A DNA stretch of 64,000 nt from Candidatus Heimdallarchaeum aukensis (GCA_021513695.1 CP084166.1:2272001-2336000), one strand, 5' to 3'; shown: positions 18,069-26,908, counted from the stretch's first letter. The notes: generated by a model from the sequence alone, not told the origin. Numbers and translations: made by a program.

Positions 18069-18761
18069 TCAACTTTTTTTTAATGAATATCGAATTATTA
18101 TTTCGTCTCCGTCCTTCAAGTTAAATTTTTCCCTAATATTAATGTCACTTACAATTTCTGCTATATTTTTTCCATAATGCGTTCTTCTTGGAACAATAAT
18201 TGCAGCTTTTTCATCAGAGTCAAATAGTTTAACTGAATAGCATAACACATCTCCAAAACTTCTTCCTTCTTCTTTAAAGCCAGTTATTATCTTTGGAAAT
18301 GATCCTCTAATAAGATCTAATTTCTCGACATCATTAGGGTCTATTCTTACATTTAGTGTTCCAGGGTAAGGGACAAAGCCTAGTGTCTTTTTGAAACTTT
18401 TTACATAACTTGGTTGAGACATATAATATTTTCCTTCTCCAAATCCAGTAAAAACTAATCCACGCAACACAAGTTCTGTTTTATCAGGGTGGATAGCTTT
18501 TTCTAGCTCAAATCGAAGGTTATGTAGTGTCTCAATACCCTTATCAGTTAACTGTGCATTAGAACCTCTAGGGCCTGATTCCCATAAAATAAAATCCATT
18601 GCTGCCAGTTTCAATAAGTATCTTGACGCACTTTGTTGAGACATATTGAATACTTTAGCAACTTCTGTTGTAGTAATCTCCACTTTATGATCGATTGCAT
18701 GCTTTTGTGCTATATATATTAGTAATCCAATCTCTCGATTTGATAAATGAAAAATGTTCAC
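18069..18761 (-). CDS. ribK: CTP-dependent riboflavin kinase fused to N-terminal wHTH (RbkR-like)
   Basis: C-terminal GLVFTGFGEGKYYMSQPSY...PYPGTLNVRI matches the archaeal riboflavin kinase fold. N-terminal TTTEVAKVFNMSQQSASRYLLKL is HTH-like. Confidence 0.75.
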   Translation of the reverse strand: MNIFHLSNREIGLLIYIAQKHAIDHKVEITTTEVAKVFNMSQQSASRYLLKLAAMDFILWESGPRGSNAQLTDKGIETLHNLRFELEKAIHPDKTELVLRGLVFTGFGEGKYYMSQPSYVKSFKKTLGFVPYPGTLNVRIDPNDVEKLDLIRGSFPKIITGFKEEGRSFGDVLCYSVKLFDSDEKAAIIVPRRTHYGKNIAEIVSDINIREKFNLKDGDEIIIRYSLKKS

Positions 18762-19024
18762 GAGTTATCAAAAACATAGATATTTGTACTTTCTTAAATT
18801 TTTCAGTTAATCAACTTAATTTTTTTGCATTTTTTTAATCAATTTTGCTCTCACGGACTTTTAAAGGGGTAGAACTGGTCTTTTATTGTACCATAGTAGG
18901 CGGTTGAGTGCCATACAAAAATAATTAGTTGCTTTTATGTTATCTCCTTCTTTTCATCAAAAGTATATTTTTTTGTAATTCGAATAAAAACCTTTAAATA
19001 TCCAGTTAGAAACTGTATAATGGG

Positions 19025-19050
19025 GACTTACATTTTTATGTAAGTCTTTT
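19025..19050 (+). terminator. perfect 9-bp hairpin followed by T4 (terminator-like or regulatory)
   Basis: gacttacat-tttt-atgtaagtc then tttt. Lies 24 nt upstream of the ATG at 19074. Confidence 0.3.
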
Positions 19051-19073
19051 ACATCTGATTGGAGTGAAGAAGG

Positions 19074-19208
19074 ATGTCTCGAAAAGAATCAGTGAAAAAA
19101 ATAGATGAGGAAGTAAAGAAATTGAAAGAGAAATTAGAAAAAGATGGAAAGAAAAGTGTTTCGTCTAGAGAATGGGTGAATTACGAAACTTTCAGTATTA
19201 TTTTTTAG
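19074..19208 (+). CDS. possible small basic coiled-coil ORF (44 aa), not in track
   Basis: ATG preceded by ggagtgaagaagg. Translation MSRKESVKKIDEEVKKLKEKLEKDGKK.... Stop 11 nt before the next ATG. Coding status unproven. Confidence 0.3.
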   Translation: MSRKESVKKIDEEVKKLKEKLEKDGKKSVSSREWVNYETFSIIF

Positions 19209-19219
19209 GAGGAATAAAA

Positions 19220-19516
19220 ATGAAAGAAGAAAATTACAATTTTGATTTATGGTCTGAAGAGCTATCAAAATCAATAAGAAATTGGGTTGAAACAACAATA
19301 TGCAATTTACAGAATGACCTAAAACAATTCCATGGTCCATTGAAACAATTCTCACAAATTTCATCAGAAGGAATACAAACTGCATTGGTTAATTTTACAA
19401 CAAATCTAAAAGAAACAATAACAGAATTATCGGAAGATTTCTTAGATACAATAGAAGATGCTCTTGATGCTATTGAGGATGTAATGGAAGATCTAGAAGA
19501 AGCTGCTGAAGAATAA
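19220..19516 (+). CDS. small acidic hypothetical protein (98 aa)
   Basis: ATG at 19220 preceded by aggagg. The track's 19172 start is probably over-extended. C-terminus strongly acidic (EDALDAIEDVMEDLEEAAEE). Confidence 0.5.
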   Translation: MKEENYNFDLWSEELSKSIRNWVETTICNLQNDLKQFHGPLKQFSQISSEGIQTALVNFTTNLKETITELSEDFLDTIEDALDAIEDVMEDLEEAAEE

Positions 19517-19563
19517 AAAGAGAAATAAAAAAAAGTAAACGGTGAAAAAAATGGAAAGTAAAT

Positions 19564-19579
19564 ATATTGGAATGAATTT
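19564..19579 (+). repeat. direct repeat copy 1 (atattggaatgaattt), candidate operator
   Basis: 15/16 identical to 19624-19639. Lies in the 269-nt gap upstream of the ArsR-HTH gene. Confidence 0.4.
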
Positions 19580-19623
19580 GTTGAAAAGTTTATCAAACTT
19601 AGATAAGGGGATGAGAAAGAAAA

Positions 19624-19639
19624 ATATTGGAATGTATTT
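19624..19639 (+). repeat. direct repeat copy 2 (atattggaatgtattt), candidate operator
   Basis: See copy 1. The two copies are spaced 60 nt start to start. Confidence 0.4.
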
Positions 19640-19785
19640 CCTTTACTTTTCTTCTCTAAATAGAAATTATTTGTATAAGACTTTTAATTGTTTTGAATTA
19701 TCGTCAAACAAATTCTCAAATGATATAGCCTATCTTGTAGCAAATAATTCTTGGAATATCAGTTCTATAGAGAGGAGGATTTTCT

Positions 19786-20916
19786 ATGAGTGATGATGAT
19801 GAATATAAAATAAAGAAGGAATTGGAAGAATTAAAGAAAAGAAATCAAGAATTAGAGAAAATGATTAAAGCTGTATTTAACAGAATGGATAAGATAAATG
19901 GTTCAAGAAAAGAAGATGAAAAAACAGGTGATAATGTCTCTGATAAAATCGAAAAAAAAGAGATTGAAAAGCTTCTTGAAAAAGATCTCAGACGGTTAAA
20001 AAAGGAAAGAATCAGCAACCAACATCATAGACACCACTTCTCTCCTAATTTAGAAGAAAGAAGATTTGAACGTGATGAGAGAGTTCATTCGATACGAAGA
20101 GCTCCTTCTCCTCCTAGCGCTCCTTCTACACCTAGAACTCCTTCCACACCTAAAGAACCTTTACCTCCAGAACATATCGGTCGTCCTCCAAGAAAACACA
20201 TTTTATTGTCTAAAGAAGAGATTGCTCGAGCTAGAGAAGAGATTAAACGTGCAAAGGAAGAGCTTCGACGAGAAAGAGAACGAATGAGACTTGAAGCTAG
20301 AAGAAAAGCTTTAGAATCTGCAAAAAAATCTGATGTTAAGCCATTTATTTTTTCTAAAAATATCGATTTAGATGGTTTTGGAGAAACAATCTCAAAGTAC
20401 GTTGAAAGTATCCTAGAATCTGTTTCAAGAAATATCGAAGAAACTGTAAAAAGTGCTTTTTCAACAGAAAAATCTTCAACTGGTAGAATCTCTGGTTCCA
20501 ATTTTCCCACATCAAATAAAAAGGCTAGTAAATTTTCCTTTCCTTACGATTACAGGAGGATTCCTATAGACGAAATAGAATCCTACCTTGATGAGATATC
20601 TGAGCTTTTATCTGCAATAGGTGATAAGAATCGATTACATATCTTAAAATTGCTTGAACTTCAACCTGAATATCAAAAAGAGCTTTCAGAAAAAACTGGT
20701 CTTCGTGGTGGTACATTTAAGCATCATACAGACATTCTTGCAAAAAATGGACTTATTACACAAGAAACAGTAAGAGGAAGATATCTTATAACACAACTAG
20801 GGATTGAAGCTCTAAAGTTAGCAGAGATATTATATACCAGAAAACAGGACCTGTATTCTTCAGAAGATTCGTTAGATGATGAAGATGATGATGAAATAAA
20901 TATTGATATTAATTAG
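19786..20916 (+). CDS. coiled-coil / proline-rich / C-terminal ArsR-type wHTH fusion protein
   Basis: ggagg RBS. C-terminal NRLHILKLLELQPEYQKELSEKTGLRGGTFKHHTDILAKNGLI is ArsR/SmtB-like. Central APSPPSAPSTPRTPSTPKEPLPPE tract, flanking K/E/R coiled coil, acidic tail. Confidence 0.7.
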   Translation: MSDDDEYKIKKELEELKKRNQELEKMIKAVFNRMDKINGSRKEDEKTGDNVSDKIEKKEIEKLLEKDLRRLKKERISNQHHRHHFSPNLEERRFERDERVHSIRRAPSPPSAPSTPRTPSTPKEPLPPEHIGRPPRKHILLSKEEIARAREEIKRAKEELRRERERMRLEARRKALESAKKSDVKPFIFSKNIDLDGFGETISKYVESILESVSRNIEETVKSAFSTEKSSTGRISGSNFPTSNKKASKFSFPYDYRRIPIDEIESYLDEISELLSAIGDKNRLHILKLLELQPEYQKELSEKTGLRGGTFKHHTDILAKNGLITQETVRGRYLITQLGIEALKLAEILYTRKQDLYSSEDSLDDEDDDEINIDIN

Positions 20917-20930
20917 GGGGAGTTTAAAAA

Positions 20931-21593
20931 ATGACATTGAGTATTAGAAATTCTCCTATAAAAATTAAGAAAACAATTACGCACACCTTTAACAGTAAAC
21001 ATGTCAAATTAGAGTTGAAGAAGGGGTCTTTGCTCTTTCCTATTTTTGATGATTCTAACGATGTTCAAGTGGGTTGGCTGTTCTCTGGAACACTTACTGT
21101 TTTTGGTGATTTAATTGTCCACACTAATGATGGAGCTGCAGGAAAAATCGTTTCACAACAATACTCTAATAGTGTTTTTATGCCTGTAGTTCTTGAATTT
21201 TTATCTTTCAATGCTGTAAGAGAAATTAAACCTTTATCCGATTTTAGTTATTATACGAAGATTATAATGGACTTTAATAAAAAGATAATTTTCACTAATT
21301 TTATAAGAAAAACAGCACCCAACACCTTTATTTGGGGAGATAAACATGGGTCTTTTTGGATGATCTCAAAGGAAAAAACGTTTTTTGTGAATTTACCTGA
21401 AGTACTAGCGAGAGAAAGAGATGATGAATTACTATATCTAGATAAAAAGGGTTTCACTATAGTAAAAGACGGTGTTATTTCCTTCGAAACATCTACATTT
21501 TTATCTGGTCAAAGAATTAGGAAATTCATTTCTGAAATGTTGGATAATGTAAACATCGATACTTTTCTTAAAAATTTTAATATTACTTTTTGA
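20931..21593 (+). CDS. hypothetical protein (220 aa)
   Basis: Starts 14 nt after the previous stop, preceded by ggggga. No recognisable motif. Confidence 0.5.
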   Translation: MTLSIRNSPIKIKKTITHTFNSKHVKLELKKGSLLFPIFDDSNDVQVGWLFSGTLTVFGDLIVHTNDGAAGKIVSQQYSNSVFMPVVLEFLSFNAVREIKPLSDFSYYTKIIMDFNKKIIFTNFIRKTAPNTFIWGDKHGSFWMISKEKTFFVNLPEVLARERDDELLYLDKKGFTIVKDGVISFETSTFLSGQRIRKFISEMLDNVNIDTFLKNFNITF

Positions 21594-21682
21594 AATTTTT
21601 TTCTTTTTTTATTTAAATCATCGAAATTGAATATTTATACAAGAAAAAGTAATTAAGAAGAAATTGTTTTTGAACTTAATTT

Positions 21683-22117
21683 TCAAAACACTTGTTTTAG
21701 TTTTTCAGATATTTCATTTAGCAATTGTTCCAGTTCTAACAATTCCGTTTCTTTCTTTGCTTTTAATTGACTTTCAATATTTTCTTTGAATTGCTTTAGA
21801 TCCCTTAGCACTAAAATATATTGTTCAATTTTTTCTTTCTTTTTTTCTATTAGTTGGGGAATGTCTTCTATTGATGTAACTGAAGATAATAAACTAGGGT
21901 CATTTTTTTCTTTTGCTACTATCAAGTTGCTAATTTCATTATCCAATTTGTCAATATTTCGATTAGTTGCATATATTTTTTGATTGATCTTTATTAAAAT
22001 ATCTTGAGCTCTTTCGATTATAGGCGATTGCTCTTGCTTTTTTCTTAATAAAATAAGCAATAAGGCAATTGAAACTATTCCAATTACACATAAAATTATT
22101 ACTAAAATGGTTTGCAT
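21683..22117 (-). CDS. membrane-anchored coiled-coil protein
   Basis: N-terminal TM helix ILVIILCVIGIVSIALLLILL followed by K/E/L heptad-like sequence. Confidence 0.5.
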   Translation of the reverse strand: MQTILVIILCVIGIVSIALLLILLRKKQEQSPIIERAQDILIKINQKIYATNRNIDKLDNEISNLIVAKEKNDPSLLSSVTSIEDIPQLIEKKKEKIEQYILVLRDLKQFKENIESQLKAKKETELLELEQLLNEISEKLKQVF

Positions 22118-22259
22118 AAGTAAAAGAATCTGTACTAATAAAAAAAACTATTGAAATATAAATTTGATTTATTGATTGATTTACTGCTGAAAGTTCCTTT
22201 TGGCTTGTATCTTTGAAAAATAAATTTTTTTTATAAAAAAAAAAGAATAGTATTAACAG

Positions 22260-23723
22260 TTAGAGTTGTTTGTAATTGATAATTCTAACTGTTAGTGGTT
22301 TTTTTGAAATATCTGCAATTCTTGCACCAATTATAAGTGAGATTCCTTTTGTATGTGCAATTTCAAGTAATCTTTGAGTTACTACTCCATCCACTATCAT
22401 TGTTTGAGCTTTTTCAATATTTTGTAGTTTGTTAAAAATCTCTTTTACTGAACTTTTTAGCACAACATTATAATTTTCATCAAAAACAACAGCTTCAAAT
22501 TGTTGTTTTACATCATTTACAGCTTTTTCTAACTGTTCAGGAAGCCTTATTCTTCTGATTACGCGTCTGGTGTGTTGTTGTCTTCCGCTTTGTGGATAAC
22601 TTCTTTGTTGTCTTCCGCTTTGTGGATAACTTCTTTGTTGTCTTCCGCTTTGTGGATAACTTCTTTGTTGTCTTCCATTCTGTGGATAACTTCTCTGTGG
22701 ATGACTTATTTGCTCTTTTTGTGGAGTGTGTCTATGATGAATCTCTTGTTCGTCTCTTCTTATAGTTTTTGAGGGGCGGAGTTCATGTTCATCTCTTTTT
22801 TTGCGTTTTTTTGGTTCTCCCTTTCTCTTTGTTCTCTCCTTGAACTCTGCAACAGTGATACCTTTATCGCTTCCAGTCAAGAAAATTGCTTTTTCTATCG
22901 GAACAGCATTTTTTAGTGCTTCATGTATCTCTGCCTCTGTGAGGTCTTCTACTTCTTTTCCCACAGGTGCTCTAGCTACATAACTTACATTAGCAACTTG
23001 AATTAGTTCTTTTAAAATTAAGTCTGCTCCCCTATCTCCATCGAGAAAAGCTGTTACTGTTTTATTTTTTATCAATTCTAGTAGTTTTTTAGGTATACTT
23101 GTTCCATTAACTGCTATTGTATTATCTATTCCAACTTTCAATAGGTTTATTACGTCTGCTCTACCTTCTACTAGAATAACCTTAGACGATTTCTCAAACC
23201 CAGGTCCTGCGTTGAATTTTTCATCTGTTAAACGTATCACAGTAGATTCTTTTACTTTTTTTGATGATTCTTCAACTTCTCTTTGAATTGAAGCACTAAA
23301 AGGACTTACCTTTTCATCCCATTGTCTAATAATCTCTGCGGCCCGATTAACAATGGCTTTCCTCTTTTTTATTCTTACATCAGTTATCTCATTCAGTTTT
23401 ATTTCACAATTACAAGGTCCAACCCTATCTACTGTCTCAAGTGTTGCAGCTAAAATCGCTGTTTCAGTTCTTGATAGACTAGATGGGATGATAATTTCAC
23501 CTGTTGTTATTCCCTCTTTGCTTGATATTTTTACATCAATTCTTCCAATCTTTCCAGTTTTTTGTAATTCTCTAATATCTAATTCCTCACTGAGTAAACC
23601 ATCAGTTTGGCCATATAATGCCCCTATAATGTCTGGTTTTTCTACTATTCCAATTACTTTAAAATTTGCATGTATCTCATATTTTGTCGTTGCTGTATCG
23701 GTTTTAGCACCCATTTTCATCAT
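22260..23723 (-). CDS. dnaG: archaeal DnaG primase (TOPRIM) with internal repeat insertion
   Basis: N-terminal TKYEIHANFKVIGIVEKPDIIGALYGQTDGLL typical of archaeal DnaG. TOPRIM ILVEGRADVINL / DGDRGADLI. Basic and Q-rich insertion carries the QRSYPQSGRQ repeats. Confidence 0.88.
   Translation of the reverse strand: MMKMGAKTDTATTKYEIHANFKVIGIVEKPDIIGALYGQTDGLLSEELDIRELQKTGKIGRIDVKISSKEGITTGEIIIPSSLSRTETAILAATLETVDRVGPCNCEIKLNEITDVRIKKRKAIVNRAAEIIRQWDEKVSPFSASIQREVEESSKKVKESTVIRLTDEKFNAGPGFEKSSKVILVEGRADVINLLKVGIDNTIAVNGTSIPKKLLELIKNKTVTAFLDGDRGADLILKELIQVANVSYVARAPVGKEVEDLTEAEIHEALKNAVPIEKAIFLTGSDKGITVAEFKERTKRKGEPKKRKKRDEHELRPSKTIRRDEQEIHHRHTPQKEQISHPQRSYPQNGRQQRSYPQSGRQQRSYPQSGRQQRSYPQSGRQQHTRRVIRRIRLPEQLEKAVNDVKQQFEAVVFDENYNVVLKSSVKEIFNKLQNIEKAQTMIVDGVVTQRLLEIAHTKGISLIIGARIADISKKPLTVRIINYKQL
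22575..22706 (-). repeat. 30-bp in-frame tandem repeat, about 4.4 copies, inside dnaG
   Basis: Plus-strand unit ttgttgtcttccgctttgtggataacttct is identical at 22575, 22605 and 22635, variant at 22665, then a partial copy. Encodes QRSYPQ(S/N)GRQ. Confidence 0.95.
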
Positions 23724-24144
23724 CTCATGTAACTTTTTGTTAAGTCAGAATGGATACAGCGTTTCCTCTAACTCTCCCTACCTACTCTCAACAATAACAT
23801 TATCAAATCTGTTAAATCTTGATTATTCTAATTTATTTATTATGAATTATGATATTGTGATGTGAGTGTGATCGTGATGAGTCAGAGGATAGTTCTATCC
23901 ATACTATTATAGTTATTATTAAGACTCAATTATTTACTTACTGTGTCTGACACTTATTTTTATTATTTCTTATCAGACCTCATGATTAACTCCACATACA
24001 ACATTAAAAAACTTACCATTCTGTACAAACAGTAACTGTTAAACTTCCTAGAATGTAGTTTCTTTAGAGTTGAGGATTGTTTGATGTATTTAAATATTTA
24101 TAGCTGATAAAAAAAACTAAAAGAGAGTTTAACTATTTTATATT

Positions 24145-24801
24145 ATGCAAGAATTCACTTCTCATTTACTTCCTTTTAATGAAAATCACTCTCTTCATTA
24201 TTTAAAAATTGGAGAATCAGAAAATGCTATTATCTTAATTCATGGAGGGGATAGAAAATTCCAAAATGCACAATATTGGACCCCTCTCTTCCATGATTTG
24301 TCAAATAGTTTTACCGTGTTCGCAATTGACCTTTTAGGACATGGTGATTCTATCCCTGGAGAATCTCTAGCACAAAGTCAAAGAGTTCCAATTGAAACTC
24401 AAATAGAGGTTTTGAAAAAATTTAGTGATAAAGTGCTGATAAACTATGAAAAAAAGATTTGGGTTGGTCGGTCATATGGTGCAAATGTAGTTCTACACTT
24501 TACAAATAAATATCCAGAAGTAGTAACTCATCTATCTCTAATAGCTCCAGCTGTTTTTAGTATTTTCGTGGAAAATTTGAGTGATATAGTAAAGAATAAA
24601 CCTTTAATGCTATTTTGGGCAGAGAATGACCCAATTGTTCCTTTTTCCAATAATCATTTCTTTCTTAAACATTTTACTGATTGTAAATTAGTAAATGCAG
24701 GAACTATTACTTGCTCTGAAACAGAAAAATGGAGAGCACATACTCCTGAAATGGAAAAAAAAGATTTATTTCTCTCTTCTTTTTTAGCTTCTCTTCGTTA
24801 A
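24145..24801 (+). CDS. alpha/beta hydrolase
   Basis: HG oxyanion region LIHGG, nucleophile elbow GRSYG, C-terminal His region. Confidence 0.65.
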   Translation: MQEFTSHLLPFNENHSLHYLKIGESENAIILIHGGDRKFQNAQYWTPLFHDLSNSFTVFAIDLLGHGDSIPGESLAQSQRVPIETQIEVLKKFSDKVLINYEKKIWVGRSYGANVVLHFTNKYPEVVTHLSLIAPAVFSIFVENLSDIVKNKPLMLFWAENDPIVPFSNNHFFLKHFTDCKLVNAGTITCSETEKWRAHTPEMEKKDLFLSSFLASLR

Positions 24802-24846
24802 TTTTTTTGACCAAAAAAAGAAAATAGGTGTTGATTAAAAGTTAAA

Positions 24847-25350
24847 TTATACATATTCTATGTAGACTCCAGTTCCCAATATTGATGAAACTGTTTGTAC
24901 TAATACTTCTTCTGATATTGGGAGTTTGTCTTTGTATTTTTTGTTAATCTCAACTTTGTATTCTTTGTCGCTAAAGGGAGGAATATACAAAACAGTAACA
25001 TTTTGTACAGGTGTTGGATCAATTAAGCTTTCTACTAGTTTTTTAGGATCATTTGTCTTCTTTAAGAATCGTATTTTTTTAGCTGCGATATTCTCTAACT
25101 CAGGTAAGATATAATCAGAAGATAAAACTGGAACATCTTGACTTCGTACAACTAGTATTACTAAATCTTCTAATTCAATAGAAGAATAAAAGTGAATATC
25201 ATTAAGTTCTTTATGTGATTTAGCTAGATCTACTAATAATTTTGAAATTTCTATGTCTAAATCGCTGATTTTTCCTTCCCTGTAAAGAACTTTGCATTTT
25301 CTACATAGAGTATTTGTTTGGGCGTCAATACGACATATTGGAAGTTTCAT
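24847..25350 (-). CDS. hypothetical protein with N-terminal Cys motif; possibly Zn-ribbon plus KH-type RNA-binding protein
   Basis: MKLPICRIDAQTNTLCRKCKVLYREGKISDLDIEISKLLVDL resembles the N-termini of small archaeal NusA-like/KH proteins as I recall them. Not verifiable here. Confidence 0.35.
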   Translation of the reverse strand: MKLPICRIDAQTNTLCRKCKVLYREGKISDLDIEISKLLVDLAKSHKELNDIHFYSSIELEDLVILVVRSQDVPVLSSDYILPELENIAAKKIRFLKKTNDPKKLVESLIDPTPVQNVTVLYIPPFSDKEYKVEINKKYKDKLPISEEVLVQTVSSILGTGVYIEYV

Positions 25351-25601
25351 TCTACATCACGTATAGCAAATTATTAGTTTTAAATTTCAAGTTTTATTTA
25401 AAAAACTATTTATGTCTTCAAATTTAACGGACATCTTCTCTTTGATGTAAAATCCTTATTTCTCAAAGAATATGTTGGTTATTATCTTATTCTCTTAATC
25501 TGATAGGTTACGATCTATCTTTTCGATTAAAAAAACTGTGTCCATAGTAATTAAAACTTAAAAAATTGTTTAATAAAAAAAAATGAATTAGGTTTCTGGA
25601 G

Positions 25602-26657
25602 CTATATAAGACCCCTTTCCATGAGAACTCTAAATTCTTCAAGAGATAAACTCTCACCATTCTTATATTTTGTCAGAATGGCTTCAGCTCTTGAATCTAG
25701 AATCTCATCTCTTATTTGTTTAGCTCTGATTTTCCTTTCTTTTCTTCGTGCTTTTAGCTCAATTCCTACTGTTTTTGAAAGGATTTTCATATCTTTTGTT
25801 ATAGAATCTAATTCTTTCTTTATTTCTTTAATTTTAGAGCTAATAGTTAATACTTCTGCGTGTAATGAATCTGCTTCTTCTTTTGCAATTTTAGCTTCTT
25901 TTGTGGCTTCAACCATTCTCTTCTGATGAACTTGTGATTGATTAGCTAGTGTAGTGACGCTTGTATGATATGTTTTAATTTCCATTTGCATTTGTCTGAG
26001 TTTATTTTGCATTTCTTTAATTTCACTCTTTAGTTCTCTGAAAATCTCTAGTTTTTCAAGTGCTCCACTTAATGCTTCTAACTGCTTAAGGGTTTCTCTC
26101 TCTTGATCTTTATCCAGAAAAGGAGTTGTTTCTAGTTTTCTTTCAATAGCTCTTATTTTTTCACCTACTCTTCTATCTCGAGGAGCTCCTACATCTTTTA
26201 TCTTTGAGGATAGCTCTAAAAGTCTATTTTTAATCTTCTCTGCTTCCTCTTTAAGGATATCTCTCATCTGTTTTCTTACTTGTACTTCTTCGTTGATTTT
26301 GTCTCTTTTCTCTTTTTCACTTCTTGCTTCCTGAAAAAGTTTCTTCACAAGTTCATTTTTCTCGTCTCGTAACTTTCTCTTCTCACTTCTTTCTTCTAAA
26401 AGTCTATGTAATTCATTAGAAAGCATACTTCGTCTTTGTCTAAGATAACTTAGTTTCTCTTTCTTTTCCTCAAGACTGAGTTCAGCAAAACGTGATTCTT
26501 CTTTCTCTTTTTGTTCTTCAGTATCTGTTTTTGGGGTAGCTTGTTCCTGTATTAATTCTTGTTTTTGTTCTTGTTCTGGATTAGCTTTGTTTTCCCCTGT
26601 TAATTCAGATTCACTCTCTTCCTCTTTGATATTAATATTTTCCTCGTTCGAGCTCAT
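25602..26657 (-). CDS. long coiled-coil protein (COG1340-like)
   Basis: 351 aa, acidic N-terminus, then continuous K/E/R/L heptad-like sequence. Confidence 0.6.
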   Translation of the reverse strand: MSSNEENINIKEEESESELTGENKANPEQEQKQELIQEQATPKTDTEEQKEKEESRFAELSLEEKKEKLSYLRQRRSMLSNELHRLLEERSEKRKLRDEKNELVKKLFQEARSEKEKRDKINEEVQVRKQMRDILKEEAEKIKNRLLELSSKIKDVGAPRDRRVGEKIRAIERKLETTPFLDKDQERETLKQLEALSGALEKLEIFRELKSEIKEMQNKLRQMQMEIKTYHTSVTTLANQSQVHQKRMVEATKEAKIAKEEADSLHAEVLTISSKIKEIKKELDSITKDMKILSKTVGIELKARRKERKIRAKQIRDEILDSRAEAILTKYKNGESLSLEEFRVLMERGLI

Positions 26658-26749
26658 TTGTCAGCACACTAGAAGTTCTAAATTCTTTTTTAGCAAAGAG
26701 TTTTCCACTCTCTGCGACACAACCTTTGGATAAAGGAGATTATTATAAT

Positions 26750-26908
26750 TTATTTTTTGTCAGATCGTCTCATACGTAGATTCTTTGATCTGCATTTTCT
26801 ACATTTTTTTGCAGTTATCGGGTTAGTAGCTGAGCATTCTCTACAAACCTTTACATCCATCAGATGTGCTCGTGCTATTGCGCGATGTTCGGGATTAGTT
26901 ACTGGCAT
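26750..26908 (-). CDS. rpl40e: 50S ribosomal protein L40e (52 aa), not in ORF track
   Basis: Hand translation MPVTNPEHRAIARAHLMDVKVCRECSATNPITAKKCRKCRSKNLRMRRSDKK, showing the C-x2-C...C-x2-C zinc ribbon and basic tail of L40e. The track's 26757..26993 plus-strand ORF is its antisense. Confidence 0.85.
   Translation of the reverse strand: MPVTNPEHRAIARAHLMDVKVCRECSATNPITAKKCRKCRSKNLRMRRSDKK

Noticed and set aside
19542-19793. Listed 83-aa ORF between the acidic protein gene and the ArsR-fusion gene
   Set aside because: The translation is low-complexity and N/S/K/Y-rich, there is no RBS-like sequence, and it overlaps the well-supported start at 19786. The region is better read as a promoter/operator gap containing the 16-nt direct repeats.
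22575-22706. Possible CRISPR-like or minisatellite array
   Set aside because: The repeats are directly tandem with no spacers, lie in frame within dnaG, and there are no cas genes. It is a coding tandem repeat, not a CRISPR array.
23874-23950. Possible C/D box sRNA (GTGATGA at 23874, CTGA at 23947) in the dnaG-hydrolase intergenic region
   Set aside because: The box spacing (~77 nt) is long, no internal C'/D' boxes were found, and there is no terminal stem flanking the boxes. A chance occurrence in an AT-rich spacer is more likely.
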